Assembly (NCBI GenBank): GCA_951406725.2
Contig: OX597828.1
Coordinates: 72,850,001 to 72,914,000 of the forward strand
Direction: 5' to 3'
DNA from: Octopus vulgaris
Taxonomy: Eukaryota
DNA length: 64,000 nucleotides
The translations under genes and the position numbers were made by a program. Within the stretch, counting starts at the first letter, position 1, and each line of letters starts with the position of its first letter. Below are positions 27,390 to 40,388 of this stretch, in pieces. The notes under the pieces were generated by a model. It was not told where the DNA came from and made no database searches. It saw only the letters and a list, made by a program, of their open reading frames with translations.

Positions 27390-28200
27390 CAAACCTTAGT
27401 TTTTAGTATGACATCATCACATTATTCTACAAAATTAAACCAGCGATATAATAGTAAGCCCTACAAAATAACAGTCGTACTTTACTCTTAAGGACCATGT
27501 CAATGACTTCGAATTAAGTCCATCTATAAAATTAATGAATTCTGTGTAGCCAAAATAAGAATCCTAGCAAACACATCCTAGATGAAATTATTCTAAGCTC
27601 TACCATTATAGAATGATTCCTAACTCTGCCTAATAAAAATAATACCGAATTCTTAAAACCTGAAATCAAGGATTATGATCTCTCTTTTTCTAAACTACTA
27701 CTAATTAATGTCTTTAACTTTACTAAAGTCGTAATTAATAGCAAAGCATATGAAATGGAAATCATTCTGCATGCAATTACTACCAATCATTGAATTCAAA
27801 AAAAAAATATTCTAACCGACCATTTCGGTTAGCTTTGGCGTAAAAGATTGAGCATCAACTAAACAATAACATCCAAGAAAAGTTTTTTTTTTAAAGAAAC
27901 AGATATAAAACTGAAATGACTTTAACTACTAACTTCAATAACAGCAGCTTACACATTCACTTGAACCTCAGTAATTTCTTATGATAATTAACAGCTAATT
28001 ACACACAAAGCCATGATAATATCAGTCAGTTTAAACCGAATCCCTTCTTGCACAATCCAAGCAATAACAGTCACAACGGTAGCAGCACTAATATATTAAT
28101 ATATTCTATACACTATAAACACCATTAAAGATTTCTGGATACCAGGTCGCTGTAGAACCAAACGATATAATTTGGTCTCACGTGTAATTTTTCAAGTTTA
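27390..28200 (+). mobile_element. Decayed Penelope-like element (PLE) reverse transcriptase remnant
   Basis: Broken frames give TLKDHVNDFELSPSIKLMN, SKHILDEII, IIE*FLTLPNKNNTEFLKPEIKDYDLSFSKLLL..VFNFTK, EMEIILHA and NDIIWS. These follow the PLE RT pattern TLKDHK..F...P..RLINP / SK.ILD / WF..I.NK....F..FDI.DFYPSI / RNIIWFNPP as I recall it. Confidence 0.7.
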
Positions 28201-28279
28201 GACCCCATCAGTTTTTGCCTTCACGCCACTTTTTAACACGTTACCGAACGTTTACGCCTTATATATATATATATATATA

Positions 28280-28363
<84 letters not shown>

Positions 28364-28442
28364 CATATATATATATACATATATATATACATATATATAT
28401 ACATATATATATATGTATATATATATATGTATATATATATGT

Positions 28443-28502
<60 letters not shown>

Positions 28503-28561
28503 GTATATATATATATGCATCTATGCATATTTTAACTTCCTTTTTCTTTATTTATTTGCAG

Positions 28562-28805
28562 AAAATCTTTTACCCAACCCAAGAGTTTTGGCCTTAGTTC
28601 TCTTCTCAGTTGCAAATGTTCTGAGTTTTGCGAGAATCGCATACATTCTTCCAGCGAGTGAAACATTTGGACAACTACAAATTTCTTACGGAAGGATGTT
28701 ACAGGACGTTTTCAAATTCATATGTATTTATTTTACTGTTATGATAGCCTTTATCTGTGGATTGACAAGTCTATACAGTTATTCGGGAGAATCAAACTTT
28801 CAAGA
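28562..28805 (+). CDS. TRPC: TRPC-family channel, exon E (S4, S4-S5 linker, S5)
   Basis: ttgcag|AA ... CAAGA|gtgagt; 244 nt, phase 1-2. [34 protein letters not shown] closely resembles TRPC3/6/7 [34 protein letters not shown]. Confidence 0.94.
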
Positions 28806-28879
28806 GTGAGTACCCAATCTTTATATTCATATACTCTTTGCATTCTCATGTTCTTTTACTTCACGCTATCATTAGACTG

Positions 28880-29291
28880 TGACCAGCTGAGCAACACTTT
28901 GGAGCGCTTGACCAAAAACATCAATCACAGTACCTATTTGTCCAGTACTAATTATTCTATTGAACGCATTTTGCCGAACTTCTAAGTTACGTGGATGCAA
29001 AAAGAACCCCAACACCAGTGGTCAAGCGGTGGATGTGTAAAACATAAAGACATAGATACACTCACGGACATTTGCACACGTTACACATATAAGTGTATAT
29101 TTGTGTATATATATATGTATCTATACGACAGGCTCCCACATATTTTCCGTCTACCAAATCCACCCCCACGGCTTTGGTCGGTCTGAGGCTATAGAAGAAA
29201 ACACTTGCCCAAGGTGCCACGAAGTGGGGCTGAACCCGGAACCATGTGGTTGAGAAGTAAACTTCTTACCACACAGCCACTCCTGCGCCTA
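28880..29291 (-). mobile_element. SINE family B copy just downstream of exon E
   Basis: acacttgcccaaggtgccacgaagtggggctgaacccggaaccatgtgg...cacagccactcctgcgcc. Confidence 0.78.
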
Positions 29292-30098
29292 TATATGTGT
29301 GTGTGTGAGTGTGTGTGTGTATGTGTATGTGTGTGTGTGTGTGCTTATTAATTATAAACGGAATACTTATTAATTACTAATAACAAAAGAGGTAATCCTT
29401 ACATCCAACTTAAGATGGATGTCTAGTTAGAATACAGAATACCGCGCTATAAGCCTTGAGAAATGCTCTCTTATGGGCGCTATGTGCGTCAAAGCACAAA
29501 TATAGATCGTAGCAGACGAAACGCACCGACCAGACACAGATATCATCTGCTATGATCTATGCACGTGTTTTTGTGCACAAAGAGCCTATAAGAAACCATC
29601 AGTCAAGGCTAGTAACACACAATGATTTATATTGCAAGTGTTTTAAATTTCGAGTTTTAAAACATTTGAAAAAATTTTGCGTCTTAAGCGAGCCACCCAA
29701 ACATGCAGCTATGACATCGCTGGGGGATAAAGTAAATACCTTTACAGTACAGGTGTATCCCTCTGAAGCAGGTAACACCTGTCCACGTAAGAGGAAAACA
29801 TACCACTTTGATTGCAATGACACAAAAATTTTGCTAGTTCAGAATTGAATCCTTTTTATATGAAATTAATTTAAATAATTTCTTTTCATTTTCTTGTCTT
29901 CCATATTGTTGTTTTTCCTATTGTCATTCTCTTTGGAATCGAATGTTTCAGCATATTTGAGATTCAGTCTTTGATTTTTGTATGTTCAGTTCAATGAAGA
30001 GTCATTTCGCAGTTTCGTGGTGAGATAGAATTTTGAGGTGTTTATACATCTTTCCATAAACATCTTCTCCGCCAAATATTAAACAATTCTGAGATGAA

Positions 30099-30416
30099 CG
30101 TGCGGCTAGAATCCTCGGATCTTTTCGCTTTGACCGGAAGATTTTTAAAATAATGACACCGCCAGAAAATGTTGTTGACACACCAAGGCAGAAATTGTAT
30201 TCACCTCAATAGATTGATTGGTTGAAATTGCCGAAATGCAAGAAATTAAACAACAAATAGCTTACAAACTACAGAATTCCCTCAAGAAAGCCAAGAGAAA
30301 AAGATGTTTTATGTAACACACTCTACCAGTATGCGAAGGTTAAAAGTGTTTGGTTACAAAGAAATTATTTTAAAAATCTGCCGGTCAAAGGGAAAAGATC
30401 CGAATCCTCAGGCACG
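30099..30416. mobile_element. MITE / foldback element with ~40-55 bp TIRs
   Basis: tcggatcttttcgctttgaccggaagatttttaaaataat (30115-30154) is a near-perfect inverse of 30364-30403; outer cgtgc/gcacg. Confidence 0.75.
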
Positions 30417-30999
30417 CTTCCCTTAGGCTCTTATCAGAAACGACTGTTATTTCAATTTCTGGATGGATTTCCAAGTTTGAACAATTAAGATTAAGGATAT
30501 TATCAAACCATGTCCATCTTGGTGCACACGCCCTTAATACCATTATATATCGGTGTGTAGTTAGGTACGTGTGATTAAATATACACAGTATTATAACAAG
30601 AATATCTGTGGATGTCATCGGTTTTAGCACGTATGAAACAGGATTATGTATCTCTATATTTAGAAGTGAATTATACTAAGTGTATGCGACATTGTACTTA
30701 CACGTCTTTTGTCTATGAGCATCGTGTTGCTTGGCTGATCACAATTTATGAATAATACATGTGCTGAAATCAGGTTTCTTTAACTTTTGAAGACGCAAAT
30801 ATATTCTTACCTGCTCTGCATATGTATGCATGCATGTGTGTATGTGTATATATATATATATATACAGACGCAAGCAAGCACGCACACACACACAAACACA
30901 CACTCTCATACAGATACGTACATAGCAGTTCTGTGATAGTTTTGCTTTGGTATTCTAATACTATTTTTTCACCTTGTTTTAGATTTATGTGCTCACCTG

Positions 31000-31051
<52 letters not shown>

Positions 31052-31219
31052 TATATACATACACATACATATATATCTATACATACATAATTATATGGAT
31101 GATTAGTTAGAAGAAACTGAACGTTGATACATAAGTATATAAATAGATACATAGAGAGATAGATAAGTAGACAAATAGAGAGGCAGGTTGATAAATAGAT
31201 ATACATGGATAGACAGACA

Positions 31220-31259
<40 letters not shown>

Positions 31260-31578
31260 TATACATGAATATATAGATTGATGAGCTTATCTTAATGCTC
31301 AGCAAAAATTTGAAAAAGATAAATTTGTTAGAGCCAAGGTCTGCGTAAAAGGTGGAATGGCAGTTGATCAATCGCGAATATAAACATCTACAAATCTAAT
31401 TACTTAGCCCCCCTAACTCTCTTTCTCTCTCTCCATACCTCTCTCTCTCCCTCCTTCTCTCCCCCTTCTCTGCAAGTGTGCATATATGTGTGTGTACGTG
31501 TGTATACATACATATATTCATACATACATATATATATATATATACGTATAAATGCATACACACACACACACACACACA

Positions 31579-31618
<40 letters not shown>

Positions 31619-31723
31619 CAATATATATATATATATATATATATATACATGCCCATGTACTGTGTGATAGGGTGTGGTGTGAGTGTTGATCGGCTATCAT
31701 CTCTCAAGATGAAGCAATCAATC

Positions 31724-31754
<31 letters not shown>

Positions 31755-31844
31755 TGTATGTATGTATGTATGTATGTATGTATGTATGTACATATTCGTT
31801 TTGCGAATGGAGAGTTGTTATTTTAATTTATATCTTTTAAATTA

Positions 31845-31907
<63 letters not shown>

Positions 31908-31913
31908 TATTAA

Positions 31914-31981
<68 letters not shown>

Positions 31982-31993
31982 TACTATTATTAT
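31845..31993. repeat. (ATT)n microsatellite
   Basis: Direct reading of the sequence. Confidence 0.95.
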
Positions 31994-32549
31994 TGAGTGA
32001 GAGAGCAGTGCGTGCCATCAAAGTGACACTGGGATAAAATATACGAAGCCCAGTGTAACCGTCATGAGTACCAGATTGATAAGGGGACACTAGACACATG
32101 CATCACAACCGTGTGTGCGTGACATGGTGATCTCATATCAAGATAAACTGCGCATGACTTTGCAAGTGGGGACCAGTTAGAATTTTCTTCAGGTCGAGTA
32201 ACCCATTCTGCTCAAAACGTCCCTGAATAAGGGTTGTCTAAGGATGTTGAACGAAACACCCATGCTTCCGAATGTGAATTATCCAAACCCCATAGAATTC
32301 CTCTCAAAATATGGCTATGATGCTCCCCCACTATTTCTGCTTGTGATCAGAGATGCACATATCGTCAGCCACTAAGGGACATGCTCAACTGGTTAAGGTC
32401 AAGCAACTGACAAGCAAATCTGTGGTATTGAGCAAAATATTTGCTGTAGCCCATCTTTTATACCAAGACAAAACAATGTACATGATAACACTTCCAATCA
32501 GTTAAGATCAGAAGCCATGAGAGCCACTGCCTGGTACTGCATCAGGGCA
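31994..32549 (-). mobile_element. Non-coding retroposon-like insert embedded in (ATT)n
   Basis: ~555 bp of complex sequence flanked on both sides by (ATT)n (31845-31993 and 32550-32562); reads as an (AAT)n tail on the minus strand. Confidence 0.5.
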
Positions 32550-32561
32550 ATTATTATTATT

Positions 32562-32607
<46 letters not shown>

Positions 32608-33804
32608 GATGTCTGTAGATATGTTTTAGAATTTATTTCTATCATCATGTATACTATTTTATATTTTATTTTTTCATAATTCTATGTTTTGTTAGTTTTT
32701 GAAAATCTTGAAAAAAGAGTTTGCATGGTAATGAAGGTGACACATTTTAAGGAAAAAAATCATTTTCTAATTATGTTGTGGGTAATTACGTTTTGATTAA
32801 TTAACAATAGCTTCTAGTTATCTGAGTAAACAGCAGTTGAAGACTAGAATAAATGCTTAAATTTTCTCATGAATTCTAAAAAGTAATGGTAACAAATTCG
32901 TTTGAAATCTAGTGGAAATTGAATATATTTAATTACAATATATACAAAGAATACGTTTTACCCATTTTGGAACAAGGAATATTTTATAACAAGATGAGTT
33001 TTGAATGAATGAATAAGTTTGTTCATTTTCATAGTTGAGTGTCGGAATCCTCAAGCAGAATCGGTGAGGCTCCCCACACGCTGACAGCTCGTGCTGCTGC
33101 CGTGCACTCATCCAGGATCCATCTTGTCATGACCTTGTTGTTGTATGTCCACCTTGGTCGTTATCACCCTCCAGCCGACTTTCCATCTATCAGCTTTCGA
33201 GCATGCGGGCAACGACACGTGAGCCCTGATAATCAGGCAAAAATATGAGTTTAGTAATGGTTACAAATAAGTAAACTCGTCGAGTAAGACTCAAAATAAA
33301 TCTTCCGAGTAAGACTTGATATAATTCCCTTGAGTAAGACTATTTGTCTTACTCAAGGGAAATATATCAAGTCGTATCATTTGTCGTATACAAAATGTTT
33401 AAAGGAGGAGCCAGAAATACATTTAGAGAGAAATATAATAAGGGCGTTCCCGAAACCCCCTCGATACTGACTTCATGTTTCTAAGTAATTTGTAAAAATT
33501 TCAGGTTTATTTGTGTTCGAAACACCAGCATAATAACCACATAATTCTTTTACTAAATTCTTCATTATGTTTACAATTAATTGAAACAAAATCAGTATAT
33601 TTCAACGGGATTATGATAATGAAAGGGCTAAATTGTAATAAGTATCCTCTCTAAATACCAGAAGTTATGTAAGGAACAAATTTCACATCAATCTCTTTAA
33701 ACTTAAATTGTTCGAAACTTTGTTTATCGTTTCATTTGCGCTTTCTTTCTAACTATCCTATTGTTGTTAGTTATGGGGATCTATCTATTGGTTTCCATCG
33801 TTTA

Positions 33805-34095
<291 letters not shown>

Positions 34096-36042
34096 CAGAA
34101 GGAAACCAATGGATGGAGAAGGAAGAAACAGAGCCTTCCTTTTCACTTTCTCTCCTTTCCTCTGTATCTGTTTCAAATTCTCTCATTTGCTCTACTTCTA
34201 TATTGCTGTACAATGAGATACATAAAGCAGAGTGTGATCTCTACCATTCTTTGCAACCTTCTACGCTCTATTCAAAGTTCCGTTCCATTACCCTTTCCGC
34301 GATTAAAATAAATAATAAATAAATAAGTATACGTGTATATATTTTCGAATACGTGATTATTTATTCCATTTAACTTAAGTATTGTGTGTGTGAAAAGTCA
34401 ACTTCTAGGATTATCGACTCACAAACACATTAACAACGGCTAACAAAATATCGATAACGATGACGGGTACACAACACAAAGTAAACATCCATTTAGATAG
34501 AATATAAATCGTAGATCGGGTGGTATGTTTGATAACCTTTGATTTTTTGTAAATTCTATAATATTGAATAGCATAAAGCAACCATTAAAGCATGGTATGG
34601 ATTTTGTAGAAGCTACACGATGGCCTGTATTAATTCAAACCGCGCATGAATGTTTTTGACAAACTAAACTATATAAGTGAAAGATCGAAACCAGTTCAAT
34701 TCTAGTTTTCGATAGATAATTCTGTCTATTCCAAAATGAAAATAAAACATTACCAATTATTCTACAAAACAACTTGAGGAAGAAAGTAACACGTGACTGA
34801 TAGCAACAATGAGCTGTATTAATGATAGGAGCAACATTTAGACATCCTATTGAGCCAGGAATTACACAGAAAGTCTCTGTCAACATTTCTAAAGAGAAAA
34901 AAAGTTTCACTGATCGGCACAGATAAGACATGGATACGCGGTGAACTAATTCATCGCTACAACAGATGATGGCTTTATTCTTATTAGATGAAGCAACATC
35001 TATGTTAATGAACTTCTCCAGTGAAAGACATTTCAATGTTACTTGAAGAGTAAATTTTCGTGGACAAAACTATCTCTATTCGCTTTATTATTTCTTTTCA
35101 AGAGAAGGAAACTAAGATGTCAGGGGGAAAAATTATAAAAGATTAATGGTAGCCAAAAGCCGGACCTCTGTCTAAATCAAGTACTAATAGTACGAAAATG
35201 GGTGTCACTGTTTCTCACTATCAGCAACATTTGGCTGTTAAGAGCTGGGACCTGGCTGTGTGGTACTATATTCCCACTTCACAACAGATGTTGTTTCGTT
35301 CCTCACCAAGCAAAACCTCAACAGCTTGAATGAAATTTCCCCAAGACTATCACAATCGCGAAGTAAAAGCTAGTTTCTACTTATCTCCTCTTCATTACTT
35401 CCTCTTACAACCGCGAAACAGCTTCTCTTTACAGTATCTACTTTACTTGTTAAAATTACCTTAGTCCCAAACTCCAGGCTGTACCATCTTCATTGCTTCT
35501 AACTGTTCACCGGACCAATTGAATCAGCGTGGCTCTCCTAGATGCTCCCGCTGACTACCGTGTCAAAAACCATTATTATCTCTAGATATTCACCTTCCTT
35601 TGTTTCCTTCGCCCAAATATGTTTGATTTCATTCTGCATGATGCCCCATCCATCAACAGTACTGCCACACTTACCTATTTATTTCACCTCCCAATGTTAG
35701 GACTTTGTCTCCCTTCACATTCTACTTGTCACTTAATCGATTCAGTGATGCCTACAATTTCCGGATTCTAACCTGGAAACCGTAGCCATCTCCAGTGATT
35801 ATAGCCAACAACTTACTAGCAGTAACAACATGTACAATTCAACCAACCTGAACCGAGTGTATTGAGCTTGGTATCTTTTTAAGAAGGCGCATGAAGAAAT
35901 ACATCTGCACCGAAAGGAGAAATACAATCAGCTGTACATTATCTTAGCCGCAAGGAACCGATTCAAAAAGGGTCAAAACGATCGCTGGGACGAATGGACA
36001 TTCTCATAAATTCCATTTTTTTCCTCATACACACATACACAA

Positions 36043-36074
<32 letters not shown>

Positions 36075-36091
36075 AGTCACACACACACACA

Positions 36092-36154
<63 letters not shown>

Positions 36155-36299
36155 TTAAATTATTTTTGTGTCCATTCGTTATTTGCAACTGAAAAGCAAC
36201 AAGTATAGTCGTCGCTAAAGTGAGAGAGGGTGCTAGTCAGCACTGACATTGCTAGAAATAAGAGTCAAAACAACTCTTAGCCACGTGAGGGCATTTTTC

Positions 36300-36446
36300 T
36301 AACGACTGACAAGGGAGACAGTCTCCCTCCCGACGGCAAGCGTGATGGAGTCATATCAGCGCTGATTTCAGATTTGATTAACCTTCATCAGTGACGCATT
36401 ACTCCGTCGCCGAGGGTTAAGAACTTAACTCACTTTGTCAGTCTTA
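36300..36446 (-). ncRNA. Type-I hammerhead ribozyme motif with intact core
   Basis: Minus strand: gcgtca CTGATGA agg-ttaatcaaa-tct GAAA tcagcgctga TA / tgactc. Stem III ATCAGCGCTGAT is palindromic; stem I extends via cgacgg/ccgtcg, ccctc/gaggg and gactgacaa/ttgtcagtc. Confidence 0.8.
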
Positions 36447-36541
36447 TAGAGAACACCATAGGAAACATTGACCTATTCCGAAAATGGTAAAGTGAGAATT
36501 ATAAACTATCAAGGTGGCAATTCACAATTTCAATCTCTCTG

Positions 36542-36828
36542 AGGGTGCATGGTTCAGTAGTTAGAGTATTGGATTCGCGAGATCGTGATTTCAATTTCTA
36601 GACCGATTGGTGCGTTGTGCTCTTGAGCAAAACACTTCATCTCACGTTGGTCTGTGGATCACTTCGACACCTAACATAGTGCACCTGTTCAGGTAACGTG
36701 GATTTGAGGGGAAGCGTGAGATAATGTGCGACACGAATATTGCATTATTATAAACAATATCAATATTGTGCATATCGTTCGGCAAAAGCTGAACGTTCAT
36801 ATTTCGTCTTTGGCGGGAAGGTCCATCA
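36542..36828 (+). mobile_element. SINE family C copy
   Basis: ggtgcatggttcagtagttagag...gtgctcttgagcaaaacacttcatctcacgttg. Confidence 0.65.
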
Positions 36829-37693
36829 TATATATATATCTGTGTGTGTGTGAGTGTGTGTGTGTGTGTGTGCGTGTGTGTGCGTGTGCTTATTATGTCT
36901 AGGGATTAACGATTATCTCAAAAACAAACAGAAATTCCAATGGATTAGAAATTACCTATCCTGGCAATAATATTTTGTATCGATAACCTAGAATAGTTTT
37001 TAAAAGCTAAAAATATTTTTTGATGTGTTTTAGGGGTGGGAATAGAAATAGAAAAGTGATAATATTTGCATTATGTCCAATCTTAATGTATTTTTATAAA
37101 CGTGTCGAAAAACGAATAATTACTTTTAAATAAAATTTATATAGAAATCAATTAACAACGAGTGGACGTTTTAGTTCATAGAGTAGACATTATTGGAAAA
37201 TGTAACACATACAATTATTCTGCTGTGGAATATATTGAAATTATTGGCGGCAACATCAGTGATTTAGAAAACAACCACAATTACTGCTCACTTAATTCTA
37301 TACCGCCATGTTTTCAATCAATCCCTTGTAAAGCATGTTCTATCATTGTATACAAATATCACGTCTGCTAATCAACAATGATACTTTGGTATTGCATTTT
37401 CATTAAAAATTGCATATATAATAACGATGAATCATGGGGTTTGAATAAAAAAAAACACGATAATGGAAATTTTCGTTATAATTTATAAACAAGGAGCATA
37501 TTTGATGAATATTTGATGAAATTCATTTATGAGCATTAGGCATTTTGAATTAGAAATATATATACATAAATTGCATTAACTGTGTATGCGGCATACACAT
37601 ACATGCATACATACATATCTGTATATATATATATAAATATCTATATATATACATATATATATATATAAATATATATACATATATATATATACA

Positions 37694-37758
<65 letters not shown>

Positions 37759-38194
37759 GTATATATGTACATATATATATACACTTCCGGTTCTGATGTC
37801 TTTTTATATATAGGTAGTTCTTCGTCTTAGTTGTCGGAAAGAAAATGTTACCATTATTCTACATTTAGACATATCAATAAACGCAATAATATACATACAT
37901 ATATAGTAAATTAATAGTAAATTAATAGTAAATTAATTTAGTCTCTAGAGGAACATAATAAACAATACGTTTTGGAATGGAGAATTCTATCTAGATCCTT
38001 CCCATATGACAAAGGTAAACCTTTTTGTCCGCTCTGTAACAAAGAGCCATTTTTCATCCTTTTCTCGAAAGATACTCTTGTAAACATTGGCAAAAATATA
38101 CCTTTAGTTTCTATAAGTAATTTCTATTAATCTATAAAATGAACTGTCTTCTTACATTTCATTTCCACTATATATATATATATATATATATATA

Positions 38195-38230
<36 letters not shown>

Positions 38231-38458
38231 CCACACTCTTAAACGTTATTCTCATTCATCTATCACATTATATTTTTCTACTCCTAATTTTCTGTTAATT
38301 TCCTTCTCCTCCTTCTCGTTTTCTTATTTACCTTTGACGTTAAATCTATTAACGTTTTTTTTAAAGAATAACTTGCTAGCGTTCTCCTTACATCATATAC
38401 TTACGTACGTGGTAATCATATTCAATTAAAATGACTTATTGATGTGTTCTGTTAAGTT

Positions 38459-38545
38459 TTTCCCTGAGGAGATGATTCCATGTTTCACATCACTTTTATT
38501 CCGTTCGGAATAATCTCAATGCTTTTTCGAAACATATGTTGGAAG
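38459..38545 (+). ncRNA. Minimal (PLE-type) type-I hammerhead motif with GUU site
   Basis: tttcc CTGAGGA g...c GAAA catatg TT ggaag; palindromic stem III ACATATGT; long stem II insert. Confidence 0.6.
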
Positions 38546-38642
38546 TATAAATGATATTAATAGCACCTGTGTTTGACTCCATTTCTTAATATATATATAT
38601 ATATACCTATACATATACATACAATATATATATATATATACG

Positions 38643-38710
<68 letters not shown>

Positions 38711-38788
38711 ATATATTTATATATATATACATATGTATACATATATGTATATATATGTATACATATATATATATGTATATATATATAC

Positions 38789-38845
<57 letters not shown>

Positions 38846-39231
38846 GTATATATATATACATATATATGCATATATATATATATATATCTACATATACATA
38901 TATAAGATATCCATGCAGTAGGAAACACGTGTTGGACAAAGTTTAAAGGAAATATATTGTATATATGATGGTAATAAATAGCTTGCGGACCTATAATTCT
39001 CCATCTTTATTTGAGTATCTTAAATATGCATCCTGTATACGGTTTAAAATCCAGATAAACGACCTCAGGATTTACTTATCGGGTCAAATACCGTGCGATT
39101 GTTTACTTGCCCGGTTTTCATATCCCTATGCATTCACACACACACACACACGCACGCACACACATACACACGTAGACACATGTACGCACATACAGATAAA
39201 TAAATTCATACATAAATATACACAAATATAT

Positions 39232-39612
39232 ACTCTTTTACTCTTTTACTTGTTTCAGTCAGTTGACTGCGGCCATGCTAGAGCACCGACTTTAGTCGAG
39301 CAACTCAGTACTTATTCTATCGGTCTGTTTTGCCGAACCGCTAAGTGACAGGGACATAAACGCACCAGCATCGGTTGTCAAGCAATGTTAGGGAGACAAA
39401 CACAGACACACAAACATACACGCACACACATATATATATACATATATACGACAGGCTTCTTTCAGTTTCCGTCTACCAAATCCACTCACAAGGCTTTGGT
39501 CGGCCCGAGGCTATAGTAGAAGACACTTGCCCATGGTGTCACGCAATGGGACTGAACCCGGAACCATGTGGTTGGTAAGCAAGCTACTTACTACACAGCC
39601 ACTCCTGCGCCT
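39232..39612 (-). mobile_element. tRNA-derived SINE family B, near full length
   Basis: Reverse complement starts ggcgcaggagtggctgtgtagtaag (A box), has ggttcagtccc (B box), an internal microsatellite and an (agtaaaag)n tail. Confidence 0.8.
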
Positions 39613-39883
39613 ATATATATGTACATATATGTTTGTATATTTATACTTGTATACATGCACAGACATGTCTGCGCGCGCACGCGTATGTGTGTAAAATGCA
39701 TAATTTAAGCATAAATCCAGCCTTTCATATCGCAATTGGTTACTGAATGAAGAGATTTGTATATCAATTAACTTGCTTCCGGCTTTTGGTAAATTACTTT
39801 CTCTATCGTTTACATCCTTCAGAGAATATTTTAAAGCTTAGCCACAGAGCAATACAATTATATATACACACACACACACACAA

Positions 39884-39952
<69 letters not shown>

Positions 39953-39959
<7 letters not shown>

Positions 39960-40125
39960 TTAATCAAAGGACATACTAAGTATGTCTACCTGCTTGAAAT
40001 AACAGTCAAAACTCTTATTAAATCGCCAGGTTTTCATCAGTGTATCTTTGGCGATTTAATAAAGGGTTTTGACTGTTATTTCAAGCAGGTAGACATACTT
40101 AGTATGTCCTTTGATTAATTTTAAT
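39953..40125. repeat. Long inverted repeat (76/77-bp arms, 20-nt loop)
   Basis: 39953-40028 vs 40049-40125 differ by one mismatch and one indel. Confidence 0.9.
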
Positions 40126-40257
40126 CCCTCGGCTATTTAATGCTATTTTTGGCCTGCCATCGCCTGTGTCATTGATTGTGTAATTATAATTTTTTAAATA
40201 GTTAAAATGGATGATAATAGAATTAATGACACCTTCGTAAATTAATTTTGGGTGAAT

Positions 40258-40388
40258 TATATATATACATAAATAAATAAATATATATATACATAAATAA
40301 ATAAATATATATATACATAAATAAATAAATATATATATACATAAATAAATAAATATATATATACATAAATAAATAAATATATATATAT
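40258..40388. repeat. 24-bp minisatellite (atatatatacataaataaataaat) about 5 copies
   Basis: Direct reading; 8-aa periodicity in ORF 40099-40440. Confidence 0.85.

Noticed and set aside
33282-33341. Repeat-spacer pattern as a CRISPR array
   Set aside because: Only 10-bp repeats with 15-bp spacers, in a eukaryotic intron with no cas genes.
34635-35036. 133-aa minus-strand ORF, and LFLLDEATS (ABC Walker B-like) on the plus strand
   Set aside because: No ABC signature or other motifs nearby, and in-frame stops flank it; treated as chance or an unidentifiable relic.
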